A stretch of 64,000 nucleotides of DNA from Ramazzottius varieornatus. Lineage: Eukaryota; Animalia; Tardigrada. The position numbers and the translations under genes were made by a program. Of the stretch, positions 30,912 to 44,814 are shown in pieces. The stretch spans positions 7,452,149-7,516,148 of the forward strand of contig BDGG01000001.1 of assembly GCA_001949185.1 (NCBI GenBank). The letters run 5' to 3'. The notes beneath the pieces were generated by a model that saw nothing but the letters and a program-made list of their open reading frames with translations, made no database searches and had not been told where the DNA came from. Positions within the stretch are counted from its first letter, which is position 1, and every line of letters starts with the position of its first letter.

Positions 30912-32541
30912 ATGACGACGCATACGCCGAGCGAGAAGGAACTGCAGGAGATGGTGAAAGGTCTATTTCCGGTGCTGGATCAAAGCAAACACAAGGGTGA
31001 AGCTGGGCGGCTGGCTGTTATCGGAGGATCCGAAGAGTAAAGGCAATGCTCTGCGACCTGGTTCATGCATGGAGAACGAACGATCTAACCCGTATGTTGC
31101 TTGTTACAGGTACACAGGTGCTCCTTACTTCGCGGCCATTACCACCATGAAAGTCGTACGTGCTGTGGTTAATGCGTTGATTTGTCCGTAGTGACTCTGT
31201 ACAGCTTACTTATCGTCGTCTTTTCCTCGTGCGGAAGATGGGACGTAGATTACATTTACTTTTGGTGTTTGTAGGGAGCGGACCAGGTTCACGTCTGCTG
31301 CGCCAAGGATGCTGCAGGCGTGATTAAAAGCTACAGTCCCGATCTCATTGTTCATCCCACTCTGTAGGTGTATTCAGCGAACATATTACTCCCTTCGGCC
31401 AAACTGGAACTGCGGTTAGTAAACCAGTGTTGAGAATTATGGAAGTATTTGTATGCCTTGCAGAGATGCGAAGGATGCTGAGAAAAAGATCACAGACTTA
31501 TTTGAGCGATTGCACCTGTTGATTATCGGACCGGGCCTTGGACGGACGGATTCAACTTTGAAAACCGTTGAGGTACACTTTGAAAAAATAGGCGCCAACG
31601 TTCTTTCGAACTGTTGGAAATATGACCAATTTGATATTTCCAGCATTTGATCAAGTGCGCGAAGGAAAAAGATCTTCCGATAGTGATCGACGCTGTAAGT
31701 CCTTCACAAGTCACGACAACTTCACACAATGTCGTGGTCTTGCCCGTAAAATATGTGACTTTGCAGGATGGATTATGGCTCATAAACCAGCAGTCCGACT
31801 TAATCAATGGCTACGAGAAAGCCGTCCTGACACCAAACCAAATGGAAGCCCAGAGACTATGGAAAGCCATGGTTAGTACGTTACTCAGCTTTACTGTTTT
31901 TCTTGTTATCTTGAATTCTTCCTCCCCATGCGCGAAAGGTTCTCGTGTACTTTAAACGGCTTTGGGGTTTACCTGCAGAAGTTCTCAGAAGACTCCTGGG
32001 ACCAGAAGCCGACAAGCGTGCTAAAATTATCCCAAGCCCTGGGTAACATCGGCCTGATAGTCAAAGGTCCTTGTGACATCATTACCGACGGAAAGAATGG
32101 TACGCCTTATTTCTCAATGTGTTCTGGGGTTTATTATTTCAAGGACCCTCTATAACCTGTCGACGACTTTAGTTGTGGAATCTACGGAAATTCACGGGCT
32201 GAAGCGGGCTGGTGGACAAGGCGACATCATGACTGGCGCTCTGGGAGCCTTTTACTTCTGGGCCCTCGAAGCCAAGAAAAATGGAATCGCTAAAAAGTAC
32301 CGTATCACTATGAACATTTCTCCATCAATTTGACTTCGTCAAATAAATATTCAGGCGGACTTTTCGTTTCAGCGATCTTGTGGCGAAACTCGGACCTGTG
32401 ATCTGCGCCGGCTACGCTGCCTCCCTTCTGACCCGGAAGTGCTCCAAGTTGGCATTCGACGAGCTCGGACGCTCCATGCTGGCCTCAGACATGCTCCGAA
32501 AAATCCCCGAAGTCGTCAAAGAACTCCAAGGTTGCCGGTGA
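30912..32541 (+). CDS. NAXD: ATP-dependent (S)-NAD(P)H-hydrate dehydratase (CARKD), multi-exon
   Basis: [17 protein letters not shown]|[33 protein letters not shown]|[19 protein letters not shown]; ends KELQGCR*. Confidence 0.93.
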
Positions 32542-33234
32542 CAAAACCAGGCACGACCCTTTTTAACTTGCGCACTCCATTGCTGGTGCATTGTCTAGCA
32601 AAATCTTATGATGTTGTGATATGAGGATAATATCAATGACGAGTGACGCATGATGTTTCATTGATATCTTATTTGCTTTCGATTTATGTTTTAGACTTTT
32701 AGCACACAGAGTTCTAATTCTTTCTAATCTCTCACACTCGAAGTACACAAGAGTTTTGCCGAGCGTGCAGTCTTCCACCGCGCGATTCGCGTGGGAGATA
32801 ATCAAGCCCTCTTTTCAGTCACTTTTAAACGAAGTTATAAATCGGCGGGAACACACTAGCGTCAGCGGAAATGCCTCCACCCGCAACATGTACCTGTAGC
32901 GTCTGGTCATTAGATATTGACATTCAACAAGACTCCGCTTGCTTGATGGCTTGCTTATTCATCGTAGTGCTGCCTTTTTGGGCACAAGTTTGGCGCGCAG
33001 TCTTCCACAAAGTAAACACAGAATACACCGACGCATATCAAAGTGAAGGAAGGCAAGTGAAGCTATAAACTTCCTTCCTGATATTTGCTACACTTGTAAC
33101 GCATGAATCGCGAAGTACCCTTCTTAATATTCATGGGACTTTACTGGTGATGTGAAACCTGTTTTTGTTTTTGTGCTATCGGCAATTTTCGTACACTTGT
33201 TGTGGAGTGATTAATGTGACAAGCGTAAAACAAG

Positions 33235-36200
33235 ATGCCCTATATGGATTCTCGTAATCATTCGCCGCTTGGTACCGTCGTGCATATCGGTGACGATTGG
33301 AGAAGAAGTCCGTCGAGTATCAATAGACCAGTTAGCTCGGATTATTCTAACATGCCTGCACAGTCCGCCAGTTACCGGAAGTCGGAGAGATCCAAGACGA
33401 CCGATACCTGGACCAGCGATGCGAACAGCGGTTACAGTAATGGCACCAATGGAGGAACTTCCGCGTATACCGTCACTTCGCCGCCACAGTCCAGACCAGG
33501 AACGCGGTATTCGGATCGAGCGGCATCGGCAGCGAGTAATGTGTCGTTGAAGGACAATGTGGATGTCTATGTGGAGGATAAGTTTGTCAAGTCGTATAAT
33601 TTGAACTATGAACCGGTGAGGATCCGTATTGGCGACGAGGAGGGGGATGTTGGTGGTGGAACGTACCAGAGTAGACCTCTGGCTAATACGACGAATTTTG
33701 GACCAGACTGGAACCGACAAGGAAGTAACTCCGCGTACGGAAGCGAATCGTAAGCGGCCCAAAAATAAACTATTCGTCCTGTACACTATAAGCCCGGTAA
33801 AGTGAAAATTCTAGAAGCGTCATAGCTTAATTTACTGTATTGTGCAAGCTACAGAAACTGATTTTGATTTACTGTATTGTGCAAGCTACAGAAACTGATT
33901 TTGTGAGCGACACAGGGCAATCAATTTCGGAGCGCAGACTTTAGGTTCTCTCTACAATATTATAATGAAAATATTCCTACTCAGCATCGCACTGTATCCT
34001 CTTTGGTTATAATAGCTGATCAAGTTTACCTTTCTTTAGTGAGACTCTTTTTTTACCATCCCCTTGTTTTCCAGGGCCGGATATGCGTCCATGAAGAAGT
34101 CCTACAGAGAACACAGGAAGACCACAACCACCACGACCGATCCGAACTACGGATATTCTTCGCCAGCGTACGGGATCTCCTTGCCATCCAAACTAGCCAT
34201 TGGGGCTCCAACCAACTATTCGTCAAGCCAAAGCCAGCGTTCCGAATCTCGCAACCACACCAACGCTTCCTCGTCCAGCAACAACTATAGCGGCGGCGGC
34301 AACAGGGAATACAACAATGGAGTGACGATTAGTGCGTCGAACGAGCCCTACTCATCCAGCTCAGCTCACCGGTCCGAAAGTCGCGCATACTCCAACAATC
34401 TCGCACACTCCAGAAACTCGACGACTTCGAGCCAGAACCACAATCGCCAAGAGTACAATATCCCCATCAGGCAGCAAGGCGATCGGGGAAGTACGACCAT
34501 TCCAGTCAGCCATTCAGGTAACACGACTACTAAAAATCGTAGAAAATATCCAGATCACTTCCTATGGTATTTGGGACGTCGGCAAATGATTTTCCTAGCA
34601 CTGATGGTTTTGCCTGAAATATGAACGAGTTTCACAGAGCTCCCGGCTTTTGTGCGTATACCTACAGTGAAGACTAATTCAGAGCAAAAGTGTTATAAAT
34701 AATATTTTCCATTTACACTACTCAGATCTATGGAGAATGCACTGTAGGTACGTTGCAGGGTCTTACGTTGTAGGTGGTGGTCAGTCGTACAAAGAAAACC
34801 ATGGTCGAAACACTTCCGTCTTCTCGCCGGATTCTGGTCGGGGTAGTGTGGAAATCCCGCCGAGTCGGTATGGTGAGCCAACTCCCTTACCGGCCACACC
34901 TCTTGGTCGACAAACCTCCGTCACATTCTCCGCAGACTCCATTCCGAACAACGCTGGCTCCAAGTCCACCATGGCCAACACGGCACAAGGGAGCCCGAGA
35001 CGACAGAAGAGCGTGGAGTTCCAAGACTCGCCTACGCCCTCACCCGAGCCTATAAGCGGCATCCACCAGTTCGATTCTGGGCAGAGGACCGTGCTGAGGT
35101 CGAACGATGGCGGAAGACCCATCAGTGCGGGTATCGGCTTGGACGGAGACGTGACTGTGGGTGGAAGTGACCGGGAAAGAAACCGGTCAGGACGCGATGA
35201 AAATTCGGGCTCGAATCGCCAATCTCGTGAGTTTTTCCTACTGATAGCGAGCACAGTATCAGTTTGGGAGGCTGGCAGTCGCAACGCGCAAATGCAGTAT
35301 CTCAAGTGGCGCACGTTCTCATTGTTAGAGGCTGTACGAGTGCGCCACTTGAAACAACGATTCTGTGCGTTCTGTCTACCGCCTCCCCGTTTTAATTGAC
35401 TGCTTTTATTAAGGATTTGAAATTTGGGCGTTGAAATACTTGGGGTCTTGGTTGTAGGTTCAAGAGAAGTGCCAGACACGACCTACAGACGTTCTGACGC
35501 ACCTCTTGCGTCAAGAGGGGTTAGCCTCGGTTCATCCCAGCAGTTCAACATCGACAAGGATGACTTGCCGGTTCAACCGCTCCCACGAGAGCTTTTCATT
35601 CGCAAGAGCACCCCACCACCCATCCGGAATAACCCTAGCCTAACCTACGCTGTCGACGAGTCCGGACGCTCCACTAGCCCAAGCAACAGGTCCGACCAAC
35701 GCTTTTCATAAATATTTTTGCATGGCTCTTGTGCCTGTTAAAATATTTTCGGTGCAGAAATTCGTCGCGAGACCGAAGTTCTTCACGCACTCGGATACCC
35801 GTGAATCTGGCTGAGCGATCGCCATCACGCGTGGGTTTACCATCTTACGAGAGGGATTACGTGGATAAGTCGGACTGGAGTGATTCGGATTTGGATGACT
35901 TGGCAGATGAAGTGCGCAATGAGCGGCTGCGACAGAAGAAGTGTAAGTGTACCTCATTATGTGTATACCTTTTAGATTGGCCCGTTATGTAACGGCCTGA
36001 ATGAATAGTAAACAGCTATTGAAGATTAAACACTTGATAAATATACAATGCAATGAATGGAATAAATCGCAAACACCTTTCGCCTTTCTTTTGGCTTGCA
36101 GTGCAGTACCCACACAGCCGAAATGCCGCCTTGGTGGCGGAACTCAAGGAAACTACTGGCACGTATGCCGCCTCAAAACGAAGCCGGAAAGAACAAGAGT

Positions 36201-37064
36201 TTTTCGACAGACTAGAGGTTAGTAAAACTTACCGTTGGGCAGCTGCCCAATATCAATAAATACAGCCATAAACGGTCGAACGGTTGAGGCTCATCAAACT
36301 GCGACAAACATTCGACATACAAAGTATTTTACGATGGTTGGGAGTAAGAAACCCAGATACAGTATATGCTTCAAGCTATCGCAGAAATTTTAGATTCAAT
36401 TTTCGACAGATTTTCGAGGGTGTTTTCAGACTTTATCGTCCAGAAGGCTACAACACGTCAACACTAGCTCTTATCCGCCCCTTTTTTCAACACTGAATCG
36501 TGATCGAATAGACAGCGTATATTAACCTACACAGCTGTGAAAGGTGATATATCGCCCCTAACGTGGTACCGTATTAAACTTTGCAGAAGAAGAATTTCTC
36601 CAGTCTGCTGGATCGTTTCACCACTGAGCAGTTTATGCCCCAAGTTCCATTCTACGATGAAGAAGGATTCGCCATTGCCGAATACAAGAGAGTATTCTTA
36701 GCGAACCAGGCCGCAAACCAAGCCAAACGGGACTTTCAAGCCAGAATCAACGTAAAAGCTGGACTTTTTCGCTCTAATTTGGCCAAATTTTTAGGATAGT
36801 TCCATGCAGCGGTTGAATGTAGCTTTCTGTGATTTTCAGGCTGGCGAACAGATAGAAGATATCGTCCAGTCTCCCGAGTGGAAGCGTTTGTTCATCGACA
36901 GTGCGAAAGAAGACTACGACGGCAAACCCTTCCCACAGGGCGGATCCCTGAAGATGGGACAGAAGGACCAACTTCAGATAAATCTTCAGAAGAACCTGGA
37001 CCTCAGCAAAAAACTGCAGCCTTGGCAGATGGAATTGAAGAGGATGGATCGCTTCAACGACTAG
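33235..37064 (+). CDS. Large Ser-rich low-complexity protein with an espin/forked-like C-terminal module, ~8 exons
   Basis: Consecutive GT-AG exons. The C-terminal DEEGFAIAEYKRVFLANQAANQAKRDF..SPEWKRLF resembles the paired P(E/A)WKR motifs of espin/forked actin-bundling modules. Confidence 0.6.
33830..33903. repeat. Perfect 37-bp tandem duplication (intronic)
   Basis: ATTTACTGTATTGTGCAAGCTACAGAAACTGATTTTG x2. Confidence 0.95.
35264..35389. repeat. Intronic hairpin element, locus 8 (espin-like intron)
   Basis: GGGAGGC..TCAAGTGGCGCAC-N25-GTGCGCCACTTGA..GCCTCCC. Confidence 0.88.
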
Positions 37065-37875
37065 TCCGACGCCTCTCGCTGCTTCCTTGTTGGTAAGTCT
37101 CGTACATGTGTAACTCGACTAATTAGTCTTACCACGTTTTTTGTCATTGTTTCAGGGTCTTCCTTCAGTGACGAAGAACACGAGAAAGGAAGATCCAAGA
37201 ATAGAGTTTCGCTCATTCATTATTCTTACGTCCAGATACTCTTGACTGTACATTGTATTCCAGCAAGCACCGTAGATTGAATTCCCTTCAGCACGATACA
37301 GCTGAATAAAGCGTGAAGATTTTTCAATAGCCCGAAGAGACACATCGTTTAAGCAAACGTTGTGCGGAGAGGATAGGACATAGCATACGTCAGAAAATGG
37401 TGTTCACAGCCTGTTGAGATCGTAAGTGAAGCTGATTATGCCACGGATGCCAGTGTAGTATCCGTTGATGGGTGCATGGCTGCGTTAAGCCTTCTTCGGG
37501 GGGATGAGGAAGATGAGCTGCAGTTCAGAAATTGCGCTTGTCTTGTTCAAATATGAAGTCTCTGGTCGTCAGTTGGGTAAAGAGCGAGGCTTAGGGAAGT
37601 TAAAAGCTGTAGTAGAGCCAGGAAGATGTGGAGGCCTGAATCACACTGTGATTATCGATCCACTCCATCGTCGCCATCGTGATTACTCCTATAGCGTAAC
37701 ATTGCGTTCTCTTCCTCGTATTGTCTCATCATCAGCCTCATGATCCAGAAGGATCAAAAGATATAATGTTGATGTTTCACGAAGACCTTCGTAGTACCTT
37801 TGCCAGGCCATTTTTGCACGTGGATGTCAAAGCGGATTGTACAGGGAATAATAATGACGTGATCGTGTCTCGACA

Positions 37876-39525
37876 ATGGATTACGGCTTGCTGCAGGCTT
37901 TGATGAAAAGACTCGATTCTTCGGCGGCACGTCTTGCTGTGATATTCATTTCTTTCTTCCTCAAAGACCAAGGTAAGTCGGGCACCTGTTAATGAGGCTC
38001 AAAAGCTCACCGTGGTTCCGAAGAACTTGACGCATGCTTTAACGCGTCGGTCTGAACTGTATTGCAGTGAAATGTACGGCATCGACAGCCGTTGTGGCGT
38101 ATGCTCCTGTTCATATGGACTGGAACTTCACGGAACCCGAACCGTTGAAGTGCTACTCGTGCCAGTCGGAAGATTCTGACGATGTTTGTATGCATATGAA
38201 TAACACCGACCTTGTGCCTACGCTTCTTTGTCCCGCACATCAGTCATGGTGCAAGGTACGGTGTTCTCCGACCAGTTCTCAAAAGCGCTTAAAACATCTC
38301 AATAGCCACCCTGAAATTTATACTAGTTTTTTAAAAGGTAAGAGGTTTTGCTCCGCTATCGTAGGTTTCAGATCGCTTCGTGGCTTTGCTCGCAAGCTGC
38401 AATAACCAAATATTTGGTTATTTTGGCTTACGATGGACCATTCAGATCATGTCATTCGCCAACCTCGATATTGATGATTTTAAGTGGTAGCTGAAACTCC
38501 TAAGCTTGGATCTTTCCAAAGTATCGAGAAAGAAAGCAGTTGATTACTTCCTGACGCCACAGAAAATGCCGAAGATGCGTCGTCTACTGTAAAACCACTG
38601 TTACAGTCCATACGTCAATACACAGCTCAACCCGAGAACTGGTCGTACGTTCCTTCAGCCGGACACTAGATTTCACATCTGGACGGTGTGAAAAGAAGTT
38701 CTGAAACTTGTACTGGCTGAGGACAGACAGAAAGCGAGCTGTCAAAAACAAGTATCCTCTGCGTATTGATATGTGCGAAGTAATTTTGGACAAAAACTAC
38801 GAAAAGCACTTTAACAGATCTGTGTTCATTCTCATAAGAATCACCTTCAGAATTTCATCCCACACCGTCCAGATGTGGAATCTAGTGTTCCGGTGAAGCA
38901 ACGACCAGTTTTTAGATTGACCTGTGTAGTGCCGGATGGACTGTAACACTGGTTTTACAGTAGACGACGCATCTTCGGGATTTTCAGTGACGCCAGAAAG
39001 TGGTCATTTGCCTTTCTTCCCGATTTCCTGTAAGGAGCTAAGAGTCTCCGCTATCGCGTAAATTAAAAGCTCGGCGCGTGGAGATCGGTCGAATGACATG
39101 GTCTGATGAATGGTCCCTCGTTAGCTGCGAGACTGGCGAAGCTCGAGTACGCAACCTTGCCTTCTACTATTATTTCCACCAGTCGTGCAGCCCTTATTCG
39201 CATCCGGTGAGGGTTGGTAACATTGTTGTATTTGTAGGTTCAACATTTTTCCGGCAACGGTACTTTCCGGTTCGTCAACCGGACTTGCGCAGATCGCTGC
39301 GTGGAAGGATGTGTGCAAGCCACAGCTTCCGGAGATTTTATCTTTCTAGAGATGTGTTACAGTTGTTGTCAGGATAATTTGTGTAACATTGGACACAACT
39401 CTGCTTCCCACTTCCTGGTTCCAAATTTCTTCCCCTTATGGCTTTTTGGCTTCCTCTCACTGCATAGTCTCGAGCTTTTCAAATCTAGAGAGTTTCTAAG
39501 GTTTATCTTATCCGGAGCTTTATAA
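37876..39525 (+). CDS. Ly6/uPAR three-finger, probably GPI-anchored protein (quiver/sleepless-like)
   Basis: Exons 37876-37972, 38068-38255 and 39238-39525. LKCYSC..C..CP..WCK..RTC..C..GC..MCYSCCQDNLCN is followed by a hydrophobic tail. Confidence 0.85.
38523..39024. mobile_element. Foldback/MITE with ~220-bp imperfect inverted arms in the Ly6 intron
   Basis: GAAGATGCGTCGTCTACTGTAAAACCA pairs with TGGTTTTACAGTAGACGACGCATCTTC. CACATCTGGACGGTGTG pairs with CACACCGTCCAGATGTG. Confidence 0.8.
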
Positions 39526-40992
39526 TCTACAGCACTTGTCTCAGACATGATAACATGCTCATTCGTTCACTGAATCATGGATTATAAATGAAAAAGAAAA
39601 GACTCAAAAAATGCGGCAGACTTACAGACGTATCTTCTCTAGGTACCGTACGTCATGCAGCAGACTGAACTATACTGTATCATTCTGCAGTCGTTCGTTC
39701 ACACCATCAGTATCAGGTATGCGGCGCCATCTGTCCATCCGGGCCTGTGGATGTATCGTCAACCCGGAAGTCAACTTCAACCTGGAGACTGAGCTATTGT
39801 ACCAGCTGTACCTGATTTCTTTATAGCGTTCACAACTAGGCCGGCCTTTTTCGGATGGGTTACAGGCTTTGCCAATACGTTCTCACGTAGAACGGAATGT
39901 GTGATACAAGACCAGACCATTCTAATGCGCAGAGAGCTTTTTCGCAAAAGCTTCAGCCACGCACCCGCTGGCACATCCATTGTACCGTCGATCCAGGAAC
40001 AAACAGTAGTACTACGTGTACGTACACCAATAGCAGGTCTACTGGAACGTAATGGTGCAAAACCAAAACTGCAGAAATCAAAGGACTTGACTTCTTACTG
40101 TCTACCATCGCATTTACATTTAAATTTCTACCGAGCGAACACTTCGATCGCCGCAATTCGCTCCGCACTTGCTTCGGTCAAAAGGAATAAGAATTTGGCT
40201 TTCCTAATAATTATGTGGACGAGGAAAAAAAGTTCTGCAGTATTGGGTAGATCACCATCGGCTCCGTTTCAGAATTCGTTGATCATCTGTTGATCATACA
40301 GCCGGTATCGATATGAGACGAGCACCTGCGGCTACCGTTGTATTTGTTCTGGGGAGTTTGGGGTTTTTTCTACGACGTACAGTATACACCTTTATAAGCT
40401 TTGTCTACTGTACTGCAGGCTAGCAGAATCGAAGAAGCCTCTTCCTGTCGTGAAACTCGCATAATATGATGGTGGTGTAATTATTTCCGCTCGATTACTA
40501 AATCAGCAAAAAAAGGGGAAATGTATAGCTACTGTGAGCAGATTGAGTTCCGTAACACACTCGACCGATTAGCACCGCTTCCAATCAGCCTGCTCTTTTT
40601 CTCAGCAAACCTCTGACTTCCGTACGTTTCACCCTGCCGAGTTAACCACGTCGCCTCTTCCGAGACCGAGGTGGAAAAAGGCTCGACTTCCGCCGCTGAA
40701 TGTCACTTCACCAGAGGAAGGAATCGATCCGAATTCGTCATTTATCCCGTTCTTTTCAGACGTAATTGGATACCCTCTCGTGGGATTTCCCTTTCCGCCA
40801 TCATTAGTCTTCAGTTAACAATCTACAGCAAAATTACACTCTGTCTTGACAGCAACTTGCGCACAGATTACTGGAAGAACCTTTCTTGCCCACGTAATAT
40901 CCCGCACGCTTTTCCAGGGAGTCTTTCCATCGAAAATGGTTGATGGCGTTATCTAGGTCGTGAATATCCAAGTTTCGCCGTGGACTGCGCCA

Positions 40993-42324
40993 ATGGATTT
41001 GGCCGCAATGCATTTCAGAAACCAGACCGACATCTACAGTGAAATAACCGGTATCAAATCTCAAAACCCACCCAACATATCTGACCTCCATCTCTACATT
41101 TGGACCTCTCTAATATTATCCATCTTCACCTGCGGAAGCTTCGGTAACGCCCTGACCATCATATCCATCTTCACCACCAAGAAGCTCCGCACTCACTCCA
41201 ACCTCCTCGTCATGAATATGGCCGTCGTCGACCTCTTGCTCAGCGGCATAATCTATCCTATGAAAGTCATCATTATGCTCGTTCACCGTTCCTCTTCGGA
41301 CGACATTCCCCATAGCCTTTGCCATTACTACGGCTTCCTCAGCGTGGCCTTGACCTTTTCGTCCAACATGACCAGCATGTCGATTGCGCTCAATCGCTTC
41401 TGCGCCATAGTCTACGCTAATAAGTACTACAACTTGCAAAGGTTGCCTGTTTTGTTGTTGATGATCCTCATTCCATGGATCGTTCCCCCAGCAATCAGTG
41501 CTTTAGGTCTGATGCAACGCTTCGCCAATGAGAGCTTTGCTTTGACGGAAATCGGCTTTTGTACATTCAACCTCGATCTTCACAATGAAGAAGACAACCA
41601 TTTTGGCTTCATGATGGCGGTTGGTATTCCTGGACTATTTATTCCGACTATCGTCATTGCTGTTTCGTATATCGCTGTCTATGCTAAAGTCCGACGTGTA
41701 AGACAGAATTTGAGACGGTCCATCTATTGTCCGCTGAAGAAGTCGACTGATGCGGAATTGCCTACGGCGGAAGCTTCGGGTTTCTGCATGCCGCTTATAA
41801 TCAGACGCTTCGAGCATCGGGTTCGAGGAGCTCGGATGATGTTTATTTGCTTTTCGGCTTTCTGCATCACTTATTATCCGGCCTTCATTATCCTTTCAGT
41901 CGCCCACGAATTGCGGTCGAATATCCTCATTGAACAACCGCCGCTGCTTCTGTGGTTCTTTGGACTATACTTCACCGGATGCTGTGCCAACCCGGTAGGT
42001 GAAATGTCAAAACGTCTGCACGCGACCTAGCACTCAACTGCGCGACATTATGGCATTGTCAAATTCCATTACCGCTCCGCTTAGTTTACTGTAATTGAAT
42101 AATGTGAAGGTTGAAGGGGGAGGTCACGTTTATCTATTCAGAAACGAAGTGTCTCATTAACCAAAGAGCGTGGCTAACAATGTATATTATGGTGTGGCTT
42201 GCAGATCATTTATGCATGGATGAATGCCGACTTCCGGAAAGCTTTCAGACGCCTTGTTTGCGCCTGTCTGCGAAGGGTACAGCACATGGATGCCGGCAGT
42301 CAAAAAGTTCGTGCCATGATCTAA
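40993..42324 (+). CDS. Class A GPCR, melatonin/moody/Tre1-like (NRF in place of DRY)
   Basis: Exons 40993-41994 and 42205-42324. GN, VVDLL, IALNRF, CANP|IIYAWMNADFRKAF. Confidence 0.88.
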
Positions 42325-42933
42325 CAGTAGGAAGTGCACCCTGGTTGAGCTCCCTCGGTGTTCAAGATGGCGTACCGTCTGTAGAACTGTAGCTCTGCTG
42401 AAATAAGAGTAAGAAATAAGAGACAGTCAATCTGCCAGTCTCTGGGAGGTTAATTCAAACGAGGAAGAGGGAAGTATCGGGGGGACCTGGTGAAAGCAAT
42501 TCCACCGCGGCAGGGTGGAATGATCGAAAATCTCTCGCGGAGCGACACCTGCAGGTGGCTGTCGACGCATGCCTCTGAAGTTTGAACCTGATCAGCTGCT
42601 TCATTCACGACCGCAATATTCACAAACAAGTTTGGTGACTTTGGTCAACCTTCCTGTTTACGTTTCTCGCATCTCCGGACTTCAGTTCTCTTCGAGTCGT
42701 TCAAGCATCTCCAGCAAGTAATTCACCATCCTTGCAAGACACGAACGTTGGCTGAAGCAGCGCTGTCTAGGTGAGGAATATGTGGGGATAAACGCTGATG
42801 CGTGGCTTTGAAGACGACCAATCTGCAACTCGATCGACTTTCATCCACCTGTGGACCTGTGTCATCGAATATTGATTTTGGTTGCATTGCCTATATATCC
42901 ATTAGTTTCTGTCTAAATAACCTTCGGATTCTC

Positions 42934-44814
42934 ATGGCCCGACAGGGACTGTCTCGTCTTCTCCCTGGAGTTTTAGGCATCAAGGTAAGACAGAGGCGAT
43001 CTAAAAGGTTTTTCCCTCATCAGTGTCGTAATCGTCATATTGAACACTTTGTTGTGCTGTAGTTGCTCACCAGCCTCCAGCAGACTTACTCACACCGACT
43101 TTTGCCCTTCGTTTAAATATCTTCAAGTAGAAATGCCTTGTTTGTCTCCGTAGGCTACTTCTTCATGGTCGAAATTGACGTAAGCTTCTTCATCGACCGT
43201 ATCTAAATATTGTCTTATGCGTCTCTAAGATCGAAAGCCAATGACCATTTGTTGGTTGCAGATACGATTCAACGTTCCGCCATGATATGCCCGCAGTATC
43301 CTCGTATTTCTCTACCATGAAGACGCCGCGACAGGTGCGGATCGTCGAAGTCGGCGTGCGCGATGGACTGCAGAACGAGAAGGAAATTGTCCCGACGGAC
43401 ATCAAGCTGGAACTGCTGGACCGCCTAGCGGACGCCGGACTGAAAAGCATCGAAGCCACTAGCTTCGTCTCCCCGAAATGGGTTCCCCAGGTACGATAGT
43501 CTATCCGACAGATTTTTCTCTAATCGACTCTATATTGTACTGTATAGTCCATCGTCTTCTATTGATAGATGGCGGACCATGTTGATCTCATGAAGCGTCT
43601 CAAACGGCGACCCGGAGTATCCTATTCGGTGCTAGTTCCCAACGTCAAGGGTCTGGAGTTAGCGGTAAGAAGAGCCCCATTCGGTCTTTCAGAACCCCAT
43701 TACGGCCATGAATGCTACGTTTACTTGCAGATGGAAGTTCACCCGGAAGAGATTGCAGTCTTCACAGCCGCTTCCGAAAGCTTTTGCAAGTCAGACAAAC
43801 CAGTGTGCCGTGTTTTAATTCTTTGGAAGCTAGAGGCGCATCATGCTGTATCTGTAGGAAGAACACAAATTGTTCGGTGGCGGAAAGTTTGCAAAGAATA
43901 GAGGAAATCATGGCACGTGCTAAGAAAGAGAAGATCCGAGTTCGAGGGTAAGTTGGTAGAGCTTGTCGGTTCACCACTGGTTACCTCCCTTATGGGGGAT
44001 CCGAATGATTTTCTCCTGTACAGGTATGTTTCCTGTGTGGTCGGATGTCCGTTTGAAGGCCCGATTGAGCCCTCCGCGACAGCCAAGGTGGCCGCTGAAC
44101 TGTACCGAATGGGCTGTTACGAGATCTCGTTGGGTGACACCATCGGAGTGGGTACTCCAGGCTCCGTCCGGAAAATGCTGGACCAAGTCATGGCTAGTGT
44201 ACCCGCCGAGGCCTTAGCTGTGCACTTCCACGATACTTATGGCCAGGCACTTGCCAATATTGTGATAGCACTTGAGGTACGAAGAAAACTTACTAAAACT
44301 TTCAAACTCGACAAGATTGTTGTCCAAGTGGCGCACGCATTGGTGCGGTTGGCTGGAAGCCTGCGCCACCTGAAGAACGATCTGGCCGAGCTTTTTTCCC
44401 CAAGTGGCTCAGGCTCTCGGCCAATTAGACTGGAAAGGTGCGCCATTCGGACAAAGCACAGTCTTGACGAGTTGATACTTTGTCGAGCTTCCATCTTACG
44501 AAGAGACGAGATGATAATTGGTTTGAACTTTACAGATGGGTATTAATGTGGTGGATTCGTCGGTTGCCGGTCTGGGTGGATGCCCATATGCTCCTGGAGC
44601 TAGTGGAAACGCGGCTACGGAAGATGTAGTGTACATGCTAAATGGCTTGGGTGTGGAAAGCGGGGTTGATCTGCCCAAGCTGATCAGTGCGGGCGATTTT
44701 GTCTGCAAGTACCTGCAGAGGCCTAGCTCGTCAAAAGTGGCGCAGGCCATGCAAAGGAGGAAGAGCTCTGTAGCGAAGAAACCAGTAGACAGTAAAGTAC
44801 CATGTAATGCATAA
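42934..44814 (+). CDS. HMGCL: Hydroxymethylglutaryl-CoA lyase, multi-exon
   Basis: [67 protein letters not shown]. First exons less certain. Confidence 0.95.
44295..44493. repeat. Intronic hairpin element, locus 9, double core (HMGCL intron)
   Basis: Two cores, N24 and N25. Confidence 0.85.

Noticed and set aside
34570-34645. Outer-arm-like sequence TTGGGACGTCGGCAAATGAT in an espin-like intron
   Set aside because: Possibly a degenerate family member, but the core is absent, so it was not counted.
34781-35479. Long antisense ORFs (also 20790-21398, 33211-33786)
   Set aside because: These are shadow frames of real coding exons.
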